DNA of 64,000 bases from an uncultured Candidatus Saccharibacteria bacterium (GTDB lineage Bacteria; Patescibacteriota; Minisyncoccia; Phycocordibacterales; UBA9973): the NCBI GenBank assembly GCA_964397435.1, contig CAYNHU010000001.1:209-64208 (forward strand), written 5' to 3'. A program made the position numbers and the translations under genes. A model generated the notes under the pieces. It searched no databases. It was not told the DNA's origin and saw only the letters and a list, made by a program, of their open reading frames with translations. Shown here piece after piece: positions 10,285 to 20,127 of the stretch (positions are counted from its first letter, which is position 1; each line of letters starts with the position of its first letter).

Positions 10285-12000
10285 CTATCGATCTGGAGCT
10301 ATATCATAGTATGTTAGCAGGAATTTGGCGAGATTCATAAACGGTATTGCCATCGTCTGTGATGAGAAGTTTACCCCTTTTGGATTGATGCCGTACAACA
10401 GCACGAGGAAGTATGGGTTGTACGCTGGATAGTAGCCGAACATCGAGTGGAGGTAAATATCAGGATAGTAGCCTTTGCCATCAGGTCGAGCAACTTGCGC
10501 CGTACCTGTTTTTGCAGCAACTGCATAGTGTTCAAGCTTGAGTGTGCCGTCGAGAAGTGCCGTATCAACTGTTTGTGCGAGCATGCGCGTCACTGTCGCT
10601 GCTGTTTCTGGTTTAATAACTGCAACAGGTTCTGGACGATCAATCTGGTGCACAAATCCATCAGGATACACAATCGCTTTTACAACTCGTGGAGACACAA
10701 TCATACCGTCATTTGCAAGTGCAGAGAATGCTCGAACTGCAGCAACTGGTGTAAGCGCAATACCCTGTCCAAATGATGCAGTCGCAAATTCAACTTCGCG
10801 TTTACTCTCGAGGTTTGAAATAATACTGTTCACTTCACCTGGCATATCAACACCAGTTTTTTCCATCACACCAAATTTCTGGAAATAGTTTTTGAATGAA
10901 TCTTTGCCGAGACGCTGCATAACGAATGTCGCACCCATGTTCAATGATTTATCAAACACAGTCTGCATCGTCGTTGTACCACGCGCCGCTTTATCAAAGT
11001 TACAAATGCGTTTTGTATTGAGCACCATACAACCAGTATCTTTGTATGTCGTTGTTGGAGTAATTACGCCAGCATCAAGACCCGCTGCCATCGTCAGCGC
11101 TTTGATAACTGAACCAAATTCAAATACTTCTTCGACGTTTGGGTTACGAAATACGCCAATATTTTTAACTGAACCATAGTTTCCAGGATCAAATGTTGGT
11201 GTTCCTGCCATCGCAATGATGTCACCAGTTTTTGGATCGATGACGATACCACCTGCTTGATCGGTCTGCCATTTTGCAGTGATATCATTCAATGTTTTTT
11301 CAAGCATCAACTGCGCTTCAGGTTCAATCGTTGCAACAATGTCACCTTCTGAGTGCGGGTCACGGAACAATGTTTTGTGAAGATTCGTAAACAATTCAGC
11401 AAAAAAGTTTACGTACAAATCGCCCTTACTGCGAGAAAGTACGTCGTTGTATTCACGTTCCAAGCCATAGCGTCCAACGAGTTCGTCGCCTTTCCATCCA
11501 ACGAAACCGAGTGTCTGCGCTGCCATGGTTGTACCAGGATAGAAACGCTCTTTGCTATCTTCGAAACGAACACCGCGCAATTTGAGTGCACTGATTGCCG
11601 TTTTGTTTTCGTCAGACACACGGTCAGCAAGTACTTCATACTGATCATTTGGACGAGTAAAGCCAGCATCGTATGCTTTACGATCGATAGGAATGATACT
11701 GTTCAACGCAGTATACACTGATTCGCGTACTTCTGGTTTGATATCCATCGGAGAAATGACCAACTTGTATCGAGCAGTCAGTGTTGCCGCAGGCACGAGC
11801 GTACCATCTTTTTGAATAAAATAAATTGTACCTCGATCATACAAACCATTCACTTCACTGGTATATTCACCGAGCGCTTCACTCGCGTATTCCTTGTGAT
11901 GAATAATTTGCACAAAAAAAAGCTTCGCGATGATAAAAAACGCAAGAGCTATAAGTACACCGTTTACAACCAGAAGTCGAATAGGAAAATTAGAATTCAT
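10285..12000 (-). CDS. ftsI: Penicillin-binding protein (FtsI-type transpeptidase)
   Basis: N-terminal TM anchor, PBP dimerisation and transpeptidase domains (SxxK, SxN, KTG motifs); start taken at MNSNFP. Confidence 0.85.
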   Translation of the reverse strand: MNSNFPIRLLVVNGVLIALAFFIIAKLFFVQIIHHKEYASEALGEYTSEVNGLYDRGTIYFIQKDGTLVPAATLTARYKLVISPMDIKPEVRESVYTALNSIIPIDRKAYDAGFTRPNDQYEVLADRVSDENKTAISALKLRGVRFEDSKERFYPGTTMAAQTLGFVGWKGDELVGRYGLEREYNDVLSRSKGDLYVNFFAELFTNLHKTLFRDPHSEGDIVATIEPEAQLMLEKTLNDITAKWQTDQAGGIVIDPKTGDIIAMAGTPTFDPGNYGSVKNIGVFRNPNVEEVFEFGSVIKALTMAAGLDAGVITPTTTYKDTGCMVLNTKRICNFDKAARGTTTMQTVFDKSLNMGATFVMQRLGKDSFKNYFQKFGVMEKTGVDMPGEVNSIISNLESKREVEFATASFGQGIALTPVAAVRAFSALANDGMIVSPRVVKAIVYPDGFVHQIDRPEPVAVIKPETAATVTRMLAQTVDTALLDGTLKLEHYAVAAKTGTAQVARPDGKGYYPDIYLHSMFGYYPAYNPYFLVLLYGINPKGVNFSSQTMAIPFMNLAKFLLTYYDIAPDR

Positions 12001-12343
12001 GGCCAGTAGCAACAGATACTCGTGACATAGCTGTTGTTGCGCCACGATTTACAAATGAAACAGTTTTCGCTTCATGTAGACCAAGGGTTGCACCTGTATC
12101 AAGGTTAACTGCCTGCGCTTTTGCAAGGTATGCAACCTGAAGTTTTCCGATGTGTGCACTCAATGCCTGTGCTTCTTTCTGAGATGCAGAACGAGCCATG
12201 ATGTAGTGCACAGTTGAACCAAGCGCATATGCATACAACACAATACACAAACCAATCAAACCGAGTGCGATAAAAGCTGCACGCTTGTACAAAAGCGCGT
12301 CTTCAAATATTCGTGTTTGTGATTGTGTGTATGTTGTTGCCAT
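11990..12343 (-). CDS. ftsL: Cell division protein FtsL-like (single-pass membrane protein)
   Basis: 117-aa ORF with one TM helix between rsmH and ftsI, the conserved FtsL position; positional call. Confidence 0.55.
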   Translation of the reverse strand: MATTYTQSQTRIFEDALLYKRAAFIALGLIGLCIVLYAYALGSTVHYIMARSASQKEAQALSAHIGKLQVAYLAKAQAVNLDTGATLGLHEAKTVSFVNRGATTAMSRVSVATGHEF

Positions 12344-12353
12344 AAATGGTTAG

Positions 12354-13250
12354 TTATATTTTTTGGATAATGCGTAGTTTCGCACTACGTGAGCGTGGAT
12401 TGTGTGTAATTTCTTCTCGGGTCGGAGCAATCGGCTTTTTAGTAATGAGTACCGCCTGCTCGTTGTCGGTGTATGCCTTGAATGCGTTTTTAACGATGCG
12501 ATCTTCAAGCGAATGGAATGTGATAATCAGTAGTCGTCCACCAGGAGCAAGAATATCGAATGCTCCGAAGATTCCTTCAGTCAGTGCACGTAATTCATCG
12601 TTCACTGCAATACGGAGTGCTTGAAATGTTTTTGTCGCAGGATGCGTCTTGCCTTTTCGATACCAGAACGGTACGGCTGACTCAATGACTGCAACAAGAT
12701 CGAACGTTGTCTCAATTGGTTTCTGTTCACGAGCTTCTACGATAGCGTGTGCAATCTTGCGAGCAAATGTTTCTTCACCATAAGCGTAGATGATATCTGC
12801 AAGCGCACTTTCACTTGAAGTCATAACCAGATCGCGTGCAGTCAGTGTTTCGTCAGGGATAATCACGTCTTCCATCGTCATGAGCAATGGCTCATTTTTT
12901 TGAAATGTGAATCCTCGACCACTATCATCAAGCTGCACAGAACTGATACCGATATCAAGGAGTACTGCGTCGACATGTGTGAAACCGTGTGCTTTGACCT
13001 GTGAAGCAATCGTACGAAAGCTGTCATTAATCAAAATTGGTTTCGCACCGAGCGAAGCGAGTAATCGTTCTGATCGTTCGAGCGCATCGCGTTCTCGATC
13101 AAAACCGATAATCGTTACCTTGCCGCCAGTCGCTTCCCAGACAGCACGTGCGTGCCCGCCTGAACCAAGCGTACCGTCAACATAGATAGCATTCGGTTTG
13201 AGATTGAGACCATTGAGTGTTTCTTCTAAAAGAACTGGAATGTGCGGCAT
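12354..13250 (-). CDS. rsmH: 16S rRNA (cytosine1402-N4)-methyltransferase
   Basis: MraW/RsmH signature (IYVDGTLGSGGHA), SAM-binding fold; second gene of dcw cluster. Confidence 0.9.
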   Translation of the reverse strand: MPHIPVLLEETLNGLNLKPNAIYVDGTLGSGGHARAVWEATGGKVTIIGFDRERDALERSERLLASLGAKPILINDSFRTIASQVKAHGFTHVDAVLLDIGISSVQLDDSGRGFTFQKNEPLLMTMEDVIIPDETLTARDLVMTSSESALADIIYAYGEETFARKIAHAIVEAREQKPIETTFDLVAVIESAVPFWYRKGKTHPATKTFQALRIAVNDELRALTEGIFGAFDILAPGGRLLIITFHSLEDRIVKNAFKAYTDNEQAVLITKKPIAPTREEITHNPRSRSAKLRIIQKI

Positions 13251-13337
13251 ATATATTTTGTCGCCGCACTCACATTGTTTTGAGGAGGAACGTCGTAAAC
13301 CTTCTCAAAACAATGTGGGTGCTGCGAACGCGTTATG

Positions 13338-13772
13338 TTATAAAACCCCAATGCTTCCCAACTTTTCTGCAAGTTGATCAGCTTGACCTTCGACCACTTT
13401 CTTGTAATCAGCCCATGTCTTTTCGTTCCAAAGTTCAACACGGTTCTGGACACCAACAACAGCAACATTTTTCTTGAGACCAGCACGGTCTTTCAAGAAA
13501 TCAGGAACGAGGATACGTCCACTACCATCAACATCAACTTCAACTGCACCTCCAAACATGAATCGGTTGAAACTTCGGTTATCAGCTTGGAGCATTGAGT
13601 TTTCACCGAGACGGTTTGCAATCTTTTCCCATTCTTTGATGGTGAACATAAAGATTGATTTATCGAGACCTGGTGCAAGGACTACTTTTTTACCCAATTC
13701 ACTTCGAAATTTCGCAGGCAATGACATGCGATTTTTTTCGTCGAGCGTATGAATATATTCACCGATAAGCAT
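13338..13772 (-). CDS. mraZ: Transcriptional regulator MraZ
   Basis: Two MraZ repeats (LDEKNRMSLPAKFR... and GSGRILVPDFLKD); start taken at MLIGEY. Confidence 0.9.
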   Translation of the reverse strand: MLIGEYIHTLDEKNRMSLPAKFRSELGKKVVLAPGLDKSIFMFTIKEWEKIANRLGENSMLQADNRSFNRFMFGGAVEVDVDGSGRILVPDFLKDRAGLKKNVAVVGVQNRVELWNEKTWADYKKVVEGQADQLAEKLGSIGVL

Positions 13773-13843
13773 TGTATTGATTGTGATAGTAGTTACCTCG
13801 ACCCGAACGCACTCGCACAACGCACATTTGAAACTTTTTTAGT

Positions 13844-13892
13844 TTCCCACTTCTTCCCACTTAAAGCTAAGTTTACTCCACTTTGTCCCACA
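13844..13892 (-). promoter_or_regulatory. Candidate MraZ operator: GTGGG/GTGGA direct repeats with 5-nt spacers upstream of mraZ
   Basis: On mraZ strand: GTGGGacaaaGTGGA ... GTGGGaagaaGTGGG; matches the known GTGGG-N5 repeat architecture of MraZ boxes. Confidence 0.5.
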
Positions 13893-13929
13893 ATGCAAAA
13901 CAAAAACCCACAAAAAACTGTGGATAAAT

Positions 13930-13947
13930 AAGGGTTTTTTGTGAACG
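13930..13947. promoter_or_regulatory. Perfect palindrome tGTGAACGAACGTTCACa (GAAC-N4-GTTC, Cheo/SOS-box-like)
   Basis: Read directly; matches Gram-positive LexA-box core GAAC-N4-GTTC; about 70 bp upstream of ORF fragment at 14020. Confidence 0.4.
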
Positions 13948-14019
13948 AACGTTCACACGTGTACTCGACCTTGCAAAAGGCAAATAGTGTAGTATTTTAA
14001 AGTAAATTTAAACGTACAT

Positions 14020-14613
14020 ATGAATAAACTACACTTTATTGCATTGGATACAAATGCAGACAATGTTGCCTTCTCGCCCGAATTGATTGAACGCTTTAAG
14101 GAAAAGTACGGTACGTGCTTTGAGGGCGAAACGGTATTACCGTTTGTACCCTGCACATGGTTTCACTCGGATGTGAGACTGGTGAGCGAACTAATCAATA
14201 TGCACTCCGAAGAAGCAAAGGAATTTCGTTCCCTGCTTTAGGATGCAAACATTGAAACTTCGTTTCAGGGATATACTTTTTTTAACCCACTACACGATAA
14301 CAATGATGAGGACTGGTATTACGCACAACAAAGCTACTTCGGTAGCGTTGCCCGCGAAGCCGGTTACCCGCTACATGAGAGTTCGCTTCAAAAATTGTTT
14401 TGAGCTATTGTGAAAAATACGCTGGAACCAAAACAACTATGCAAAGAGCTATTGCATATCATTACAGAAAATGATGCGGATGCTAGCATTTCCTTTTTGG
14501 CACTACGTCAGAAAAGAAACACCGCCATCGGTAAAAAAACACAGGAACGTAACGAAGTACACCAACCTGTATCTGTATTTGGCTTGGACGTTACTGGGTA
14601 CCGGTACAAGTAA
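14020..14613 (+). pseudogene. Probable decayed gene: three consecutive ORF fragments in frames 1/0/1 (73 + 54 + 67 aa) ending at a strong terminator
   Basis: ORFs 14020-14241, 14244-14405 (no ATG), 14410-14613 abut one another with frame changes; no family recognised. Confidence 0.35.
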
Positions 14614-14668
14614 GCCAACTACAAGTGCAAAAAAGATAAGATACTACAAGCAACGATAAATACTCAAA

Positions 14669-14699
14669 CGGGTGAACGCGAAGCGTTCACCCGTTTTTT
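14669..14699 (+). terminator. Rho-independent terminator, perfect 11-bp stem (cgggtgaacgc-gaa-gcgttcacccg) + long T-rich tract
   Basis: Read directly. Confidence 0.65.
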
Positions 14700-14738
14700 C
14701 TTTTTCTTTTTCTGTTTTCGTTTCTTTTTTGAAACTAG

Positions 14739-15140
14739 CTATTCAACAACGCACGGCTCTCGGTACAATTCTCCTGTCCCTCGTACCAAGTTAAATGTAC
14801 CGCCGATACAGAGATTTGAAGCGCGATCAAGTTCTCCACTGAGAACAAAATATGGCGTAGCATCAGCATCTGTCCCCTCTGATGCAACGTTAATACTTTT
14901 TACAACAAGTGAATCCAGGCCAGTGAATTTCTCAACTGCCTGCACAGCAGCTTCATATGAATCATACTTGAGCGCCAATTTCTGATCGAGCATCAAACGA
15001 TTGTACGCTTCAGTCAGTTGTGTTTCAGACAATACTGTTTTCTTACTGAAAGGATTTTGCTTGAGATCCTTAAAAACAAATCCGTACAAGAGTGCGAGTA
15101 TCGCGAGTAATCCAACAAGAACAAAAATAATTTTCTTCAT
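14739..15140 (-). CDS. Hypothetical signal-anchored secreted protein
   Basis: 133 aa, N-terminal hydrophobic anchor; 2-nt gap to lysS. Confidence 0.45.
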   Translation of the reverse strand: MKKIIFVLVGLLAILALLYGFVFKDLKQNPFSKKTVLSETQLTEAYNRLMLDQKLALKYDSYEAAVQAVEKFTGLDSLVVKSINVASEGTDADATPYFVLSGELDRASNLCIGGTFNLVRGTGELYREPCVVE

Positions 15141-15142
15141 GG

Positions 15143-16594
15143 CTATTCTCGTGGACGCATGAGCGGAAAGAGTACTGTCTCACGAATCGGCTTACCTGCT
15201 AATACTGCAAACATGCGATCACCAACCGGAGCTGAACCGAATGCTGGAGGCATACCATGTTCAAGCATTTCAACGAATTCCCAGTCAGGCATCATTGCTT
15301 CATCATCGCCACGTTCAATCAATTTCTGTTGCTCTTCAAATCGTGCACGCTGATCGAGTGGATCATTGAGTTCTGAGAAACTATTTGAAAATTCACTTCC
15401 TGCCATGATGAGCTGACAACGTTCTACTGTTTCAGGATCTTCTGGTCGAGCTTTTGCAAGTGGAGAAACGAGCTTTGGATGATTGATAAGCCATGTTGGA
15501 CCAGCGACTCCTTTGCGGCAATATTTCCAAAGTGAATCTACCATGCGCTCGCGTGTTGCACCTTCGTATTCAACACCAAGTTCTTGGAGTTTCGCTGCGA
15601 GTTCTTGTTCAGTTGCAGTAAGTACGTTAACGCCAGTTTTTGATTGAACATACGGAACGTATTCAATCACTTCCCATGCTCCAGAGAGATCAACATCAAA
15701 ACCCTTAATGTTGAATTTGAGTGTACCGAATGTTGTCTGCACAACTTCTTTCACCATACGTTCGACGAGCTCCATGCCCTGTTTGTAATCCATGTACGCA
15801 GCGTAGCATTCCATGTTTGTAAATTCCTGAAGGTGTTCTGGTGAAGAACCTTCGTTACGATAGACACGGCCAATTTCAAATACTTTTGGAAAACCAGCAG
15901 CGAGTGCGCGTTTCTGCCACAACTCACCAACTGAAATACGCATGTACACATCGAGATCAAAATCATTGTGATGTGTTTTAAATGGTCGCGCTTCTGCGCC
16001 ACCTGTTGTTGTTTCGATGGTTGGTGTTTCAATTTCCAAGAAACCTTCGCGAAGCATGAACTCACGAGCAGTTCTCCAAAAGAGTGATCGTTTTTCGAGT
16101 AACGCACGAAGTTCTTCGTCCATCAAAATATCAAGATATCGTTTGCGGTAGCGTTCATCTGGATCAGTGATACCGTGCCACTTTTCAGGAAGCGGTGCGA
16201 GAGATTTTGTTGCCATCTTCCATCCAGTAACCAAGATTGATGGTTCGCCACGCTGTGTCGTAAACAATGTTCCTGAAACTTGGATAAAGTCTCCCATATC
16301 AACAGTGTCAGCAAACAACGCAAAAAGTGCTTCATCCATGTCGTCTTTTTTGAAGACAGCTTGAAAACGTGCTGTGCCATCAAACAAAACACAGAACAAA
16401 ATTGCTCCTTGACCACGAAGTGCCATAACGCGACCAGCGAGATGTACGGTGTCTTTGATTGTGTCAAACTGCTCACGAACTTGTGCAAGTGAGTAGTCAC
16501 GTTCAATATGCGCTGGGTAGGCCTGCATGCCAGCTGCTTGTAATTGTGCGAGTTTTTCTAAACGATTTGCTCGGATTTCTTCGAGTGATGCCAT
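15143..16594 (-). CDS. lysS: Lysine--tRNA ligase (class II)
   Basis: OB-fold anticodon-binding N-domain plus class II aaRS motifs 1-3; start taken at MASLEEIR. Confidence 0.9.
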   Translation of the reverse strand: MASLEEIRANRLEKLAQLQAAGMQAYPAHIERDYSLAQVREQFDTIKDTVHLAGRVMALRGQGAILFCVLFDGTARFQAVFKKDDMDEALFALFADTVDMGDFIQVSGTLFTTQRGEPSILVTGWKMATKSLAPLPEKWHGITDPDERYRKRYLDILMDEELRALLEKRSLFWRTAREFMLREGFLEIETPTIETTTGGAEARPFKTHHNDFDLDVYMRISVGELWQKRALAAGFPKVFEIGRVYRNEGSSPEHLQEFTNMECYAAYMDYKQGMELVERMVKEVVQTTFGTLKFNIKGFDVDLSGAWEVIEYVPYVQSKTGVNVLTATEQELAAKLQELGVEYEGATRERMVDSLWKYCRKGVAGPTWLINHPKLVSPLAKARPEDPETVERCQLIMAGSEFSNSFSELNDPLDQRARFEEQQKLIERGDDEAMMPDWEFVEMLEHGMPPAFGSAPVGDRMFAVLAGKPIRETVLFPLMRPRE

Positions 16595-16645
16595 ATGCGA
16601 GGAGTATAGCAAAATCCGCTCATTTAGGGAATGAGCGGATGCATG

Positions 16646-17113
16646 CTATTTGATACTAATGATTGAATACTTACTTTCACCTTTTGGTGTCATAAAGGTA
16701 GCGGTGTCGCCTTTCTTTTTACCAATGAGTGCCTGACCGAGTGGTGCGTTGTGTGAGATCATACCACGCGCCATATCTGATTCTTGTGCACCAACGATAG
16801 TAAATACTTTTTCTTCTTTTTCGCCGTCTTTGCGAACAGTTACTACTGAACCAATGTCGACTGATGAAGTACTGTGCTTAGTAACAACTTCTGAATTTTG
16901 AAGGATTTCCTCAATCTGTCCGATGCGTTCTTCGAGACGTCCTTGTTCTTCGCGAGCGTTGTGATACTCAGCGTTTTCTGAAAGGTCTCCAAGTGATTTT
17001 GCAAATGCAAGCGCATCAAGAACTTTCTGGCGAGCTGGGCCTTTGAGTTCTGTAAGCTCGAGTTCAAGTTCCTTTTTCTTTTCTGGGGAAATGTAATTTT
17101 TTCTGGTTTGCAT
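16646..17113 (-). CDS. greA: Transcription elongation factor GreA
   Basis: GreA coiled-coil N-domain and FKBP-like C-domain (…GDLSENAEYH…). Confidence 0.88.
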   Translation of the reverse strand: MQTRKNYISPEKKKELELELTELKGPARQKVLDALAFAKSLGDLSENAEYHNAREEQGRLEERIGQIEEILQNSEVVTKHSTSSVDIGSVVTVRKDGEKEEKVFTIVGAQESDMARGMISHNAPLGQALIGKKKGDTATFMTPKGESKYSIISIK

Positions 17114-17163
17114 TGGAACACTATAGCGTATTTTGTGTCAATAGTCAATGTAACTGTATCTCC

Positions 17164-18195
17164 CTAGAGATACATGCGAATGCGCTTACGAAGCCATGAA
17201 AAGACCACATAGAGGACATAGAGAGGCTTGTGGATAATGAGATCATAGCTTCCAATCATTTTGACTGCTTCCCCACCAAAACCTTTTTTAAAATCAGTAA
17301 AACCAGCCCATGGATTGTGTGGATCATGCTCGTTTGGAGGCAAAATTCCCCACAAATCAAGTTTGATTGCACCGTGTTCTTTTCCAAAGACAATGACGTT
17401 CCACATGAGTGCGTTCATGGCTTTTAAGTTGCGGAATTCTGTTGATGATCCGGCGTAGGTGTAGTACAAGGTGTTATTGTGTAACCAGACTTCGCAGGCA
17501 GCGAGTGGTTGCCCGCGGTAGCGGGCAACGATCATGTGCGCGATAGCTCGATCTTTGAATGTGCGCCAGATGGTTTCGTGATACAAGCGACCGTGACCAC
17601 CGAAGTGCTGACGCTTGGTAGTTGCTTGATAGAGTTCGTAAAATGCTTCAAAACCACTGTCGGTATCTTCAACAGCAACAGTTACTCCTTTTCGTTCTGC
17701 AAGTCCGATATTGTAGCGTGTGGTTGCATCACATTTTTTCTTAATATTTTCGAGTGATTCAGTTAAGTCGATGATTCGAGTCCATTGGTAGAAGAGCGGT
17801 GTGCGGCTTTCTGCCAGCGCGGGCTTCGCCCGCGCTGGCACGTCCACTTCATCTGGCTCAAACAACACCGACACAATTCTATATCGTTTTCCATAGGCAC
17901 GAAGGTACGACAAAAAAGCTTCACTTGGAACTCGTGAGCGTGGAATATATCCAATCCAATACGGAACGAGTGGCAACTTGTGCAACGTCATCTGATACGC
18001 TGCATGTAACACATCGCCGTCATATTCACCAAAACGAACCACCCGCAAACCTGTGGCCTGACGAATACTTCCCCATGCAAAAAGTTGCAACGGATGCGTT
18101 ACTGATTGATCAAAAATCTGTGGTTCAACTGTATCAAGTTCTCGAATAGTCATAGTTAGTTTTGTGTGTACTCTGGTGTGTTCTGTGCCATCCAT
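17164..18195 (-). CDS. FemAB-family peptidoglycan-bridge aminoacyltransferase
   Basis: 343 aa; FemABX-like twin GNAT fold; adjacent to PBP2. Confidence 0.65.
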   Translation of the reverse strand: MDGTEHTRVHTKLTMTIRELDTVEPQIFDQSVTHPLQLFAWGSIRQATGLRVVRFGEYDGDVLHAAYQMTLHKLPLVPYWIGYIPRSRVPSEAFLSYLRAYGKRYRIVSVLFEPDEVDVPARAKPALAESRTPLFYQWTRIIDLTESLENIKKKCDATTRYNIGLAERKGVTVAVEDTDSGFEAFYELYQATTKRQHFGGHGRLYHETIWRTFKDRAIAHMIVARYRGQPLAACEVWLHNNTLYYTYAGSSTEFRNLKAMNALMWNVIVFGKEHGAIKLDLWGILPPNEHDPHNPWAGFTDFKKGFGGEAVKMIGSYDLIIHKPLYVLYVVFSWLRKRIRMYL

Positions 18196-19931
18196 TGTAA
18201 CTGATTAAGCGCAACAGCCGCGGCACCCGGAGCCGTCGCATCAGTTCCTCGTTCCATCATTACGACAAACGCATACCGGGGATTATCATACGGGAAAAAT
18301 CCAGTCGCCCACGCATTGATGAATTGATTGTTCACGCCAACCTGCGCGGTACCGGTTTTGACAGCAACTTTAAATGGCAGCGAGTTAAGCGCTTTTGCAG
18401 TTCCGTTTGGATCAGTCACAACGAGACGCATACCTTCGCGTACAACTTGGAAATAGTCTTTTGAGAGATCGAGATTTTGTTTTTGTGATTCAAATGAAGT
18501 ATCGCCTTTGCGCACGTGTGGAGAAACCAGCGTGCCATTATTTGCAATCGCCGCAACTGCGCGAATCATTTCAACTGGAGTTACTTGCACACCGTATTGT
18601 CCAATTGCAGTGTTGTAGGTGTCACCTACACGCCATGGATCACCAGGGAAATATTTCGCTTTCCATGCAGGACTTGGAATCGTACCACTCTTTTCATTTG
18701 GCAAATCAATATTCGTAGGAACACCAATACCAAACATTTTGAAATATTTACCAATGTTATCAATACCAATTCCTTTCTGTGATTGGTAACCGCCTCCAAC
18801 GTTATAAAAGAAAATGTTTGATGAATACGCAAGCGCATGACGCACATCAACAATACCGTTATCGGGACGGTAATCTTTGAATACACTTGGACGTGATGGA
18901 TCGTATGGATTTGGAATGGTAATTGAACCACGAGACACAATGCGTGTTGAAGGTGTAATAACGCCTTCAGTCAATGCACCCATTGCCATATATGGTTTTA
19001 CGATTGATCCCGGTGAATACAATCCAGCAACAGCACGATCCAAAAACGGCTTGTTGATGTCACGCAAATAAGCACGAATGCGTTCAACATCATCACCAAT
19101 TGACATCACATGTGAAGAATACTCAGGGAGACTCGTGATTGCGAGTAATTCACCTGTCGTAATGTCCATAATCAAACCAGCACCACCTTTGTACCCTGAC
19201 TGCTGCATTACACCGCGAATAGCATCAGCAAAATTTGCCTGCAATCGTGCGTCGATTGAAAGCGTTACGTTTTCACCTGGAACTGGTTTATAAATCTGAT
19301 TTGAAAGTGTTGTCTTACCATGCACATCACGTTCAATGAGGCGTGTACCATTTTGTCCACTTAAAATCTCGTTGTACTGTTTTTCAATCCCATCTTTACC
19401 AATAAATTCAGTTTGCCAAAAATTACCAGATGAATCTTTTGATGGATAGCTCACGTATCCAAGCAAGTGTCCGAAACCATTTTGAGCAATGTACGCACGT
19501 CGAGAAAATGGTTCATCTGTTGTTGGCTGTTCATTCCATGCAAGCAGCGTTCCGTTGCGATCATAAATAACACCACGCTCTGCAAAAATCGGCTCGCGTC
19601 CAAGTTGGTTTTGCTGACTCTGAGTAAAATAACTTGAACCTTTCAAACCCTGCATGTACAACAACCGAAATCCGAAAATACAAAAGATAATCAAAAAAAC
19701 AGATTGCACAACAAGCAATGTTTGCTTACTGATCGCTTGTTCGATACGTCCTTCAAATTGCTGCTTATCAAACTGAGGTAAGTTTTTTGCATCCAAAAAA
19801 ATCTCGTCTGGTTCTACGAATGCATGAGAGTAACGTTTTTTGAATCTAAAAAAATCAAATAGTGCCATAACGGGTAAAACGCTTGAGAGCTTCAATGACT
19901 GCAAAAAGTATCGCTCCGATAAGTGTTCCAA
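18156..19931 (-). CDS. mrdA: Penicillin-binding protein 2-like transpeptidase
   Basis: N-terminal TM, PBP dimerisation plus transpeptidase domain; second class B PBP in window. Confidence 0.8.
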   Translation of the reverse strand: MEHLSERYFLQSLKLSSVLPVMALFDFFRFKKRYSHAFVEPDEIFLDAKNLPQFDKQQFEGRIEQAISKQTLLVVQSVFLIIFCIFGFRLLYMQGLKGSSYFTQSQQNQLGREPIFAERGVIYDRNGTLLAWNEQPTTDEPFSRRAYIAQNGFGHLLGYVSYPSKDSSGNFWQTEFIGKDGIEKQYNEILSGQNGTRLIERDVHGKTTLSNQIYKPVPGENVTLSIDARLQANFADAIRGVMQQSGYKGGAGLIMDITTGELLAITSLPEYSSHVMSIGDDVERIRAYLRDINKPFLDRAVAGLYSPGSIVKPYMAMGALTEGVITPSTRIVSRGSITIPNPYDPSRPSVFKDYRPDNGIVDVRHALAYSSNIFFYNVGGGYQSQKGIGIDNIGKYFKMFGIGVPTNIDLPNEKSGTIPSPAWKAKYFPGDPWRVGDTYNTAIGQYGVQVTPVEMIRAVAAIANNGTLVSPHVRKGDTSFESQKQNLDLSKDYFQVVREGMRLVVTDPNGTAKALNSLPFKVAVKTGTAQVGVNNQFINAWATGFFPYDNPRYAFVVMMERGTDATAPGAAAVALNQLQWMAQNTPEYTQN

Positions 19932-20127
19932 CCACAGTTATACCATGAAAACGCATCAAGGGCACGCCAAAGAAAATATCGCTAAGTGTGAGGACGAGGA
20001 CGCCTTCAACGTACCAGTCAAAAAAGTAGAATCCAATGCTTGCCAAAATAATAGTTACCCAAAACGGAGTCCAGAAAACCGAAAGCAAGCAGCCGACAGT
20101 ATAGAGAATACGAAAAAGTGTTGTCAT
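19855..20127 (-). CDS. Hypothetical small membrane protein (3 TM)
   Basis: 90 aa upstream of PBP2, where mreD sits in rod-shape operons, but too short to call. Confidence 0.35.
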   Translation of the reverse strand: MTTLFRILYTVGCLLSVFWTPFWVTIILASIGFYFFDWYVEGVLVLTLSDIFFGVPLMRFHGITVVGTLIGAILFAVIEALKRFTRYGTI

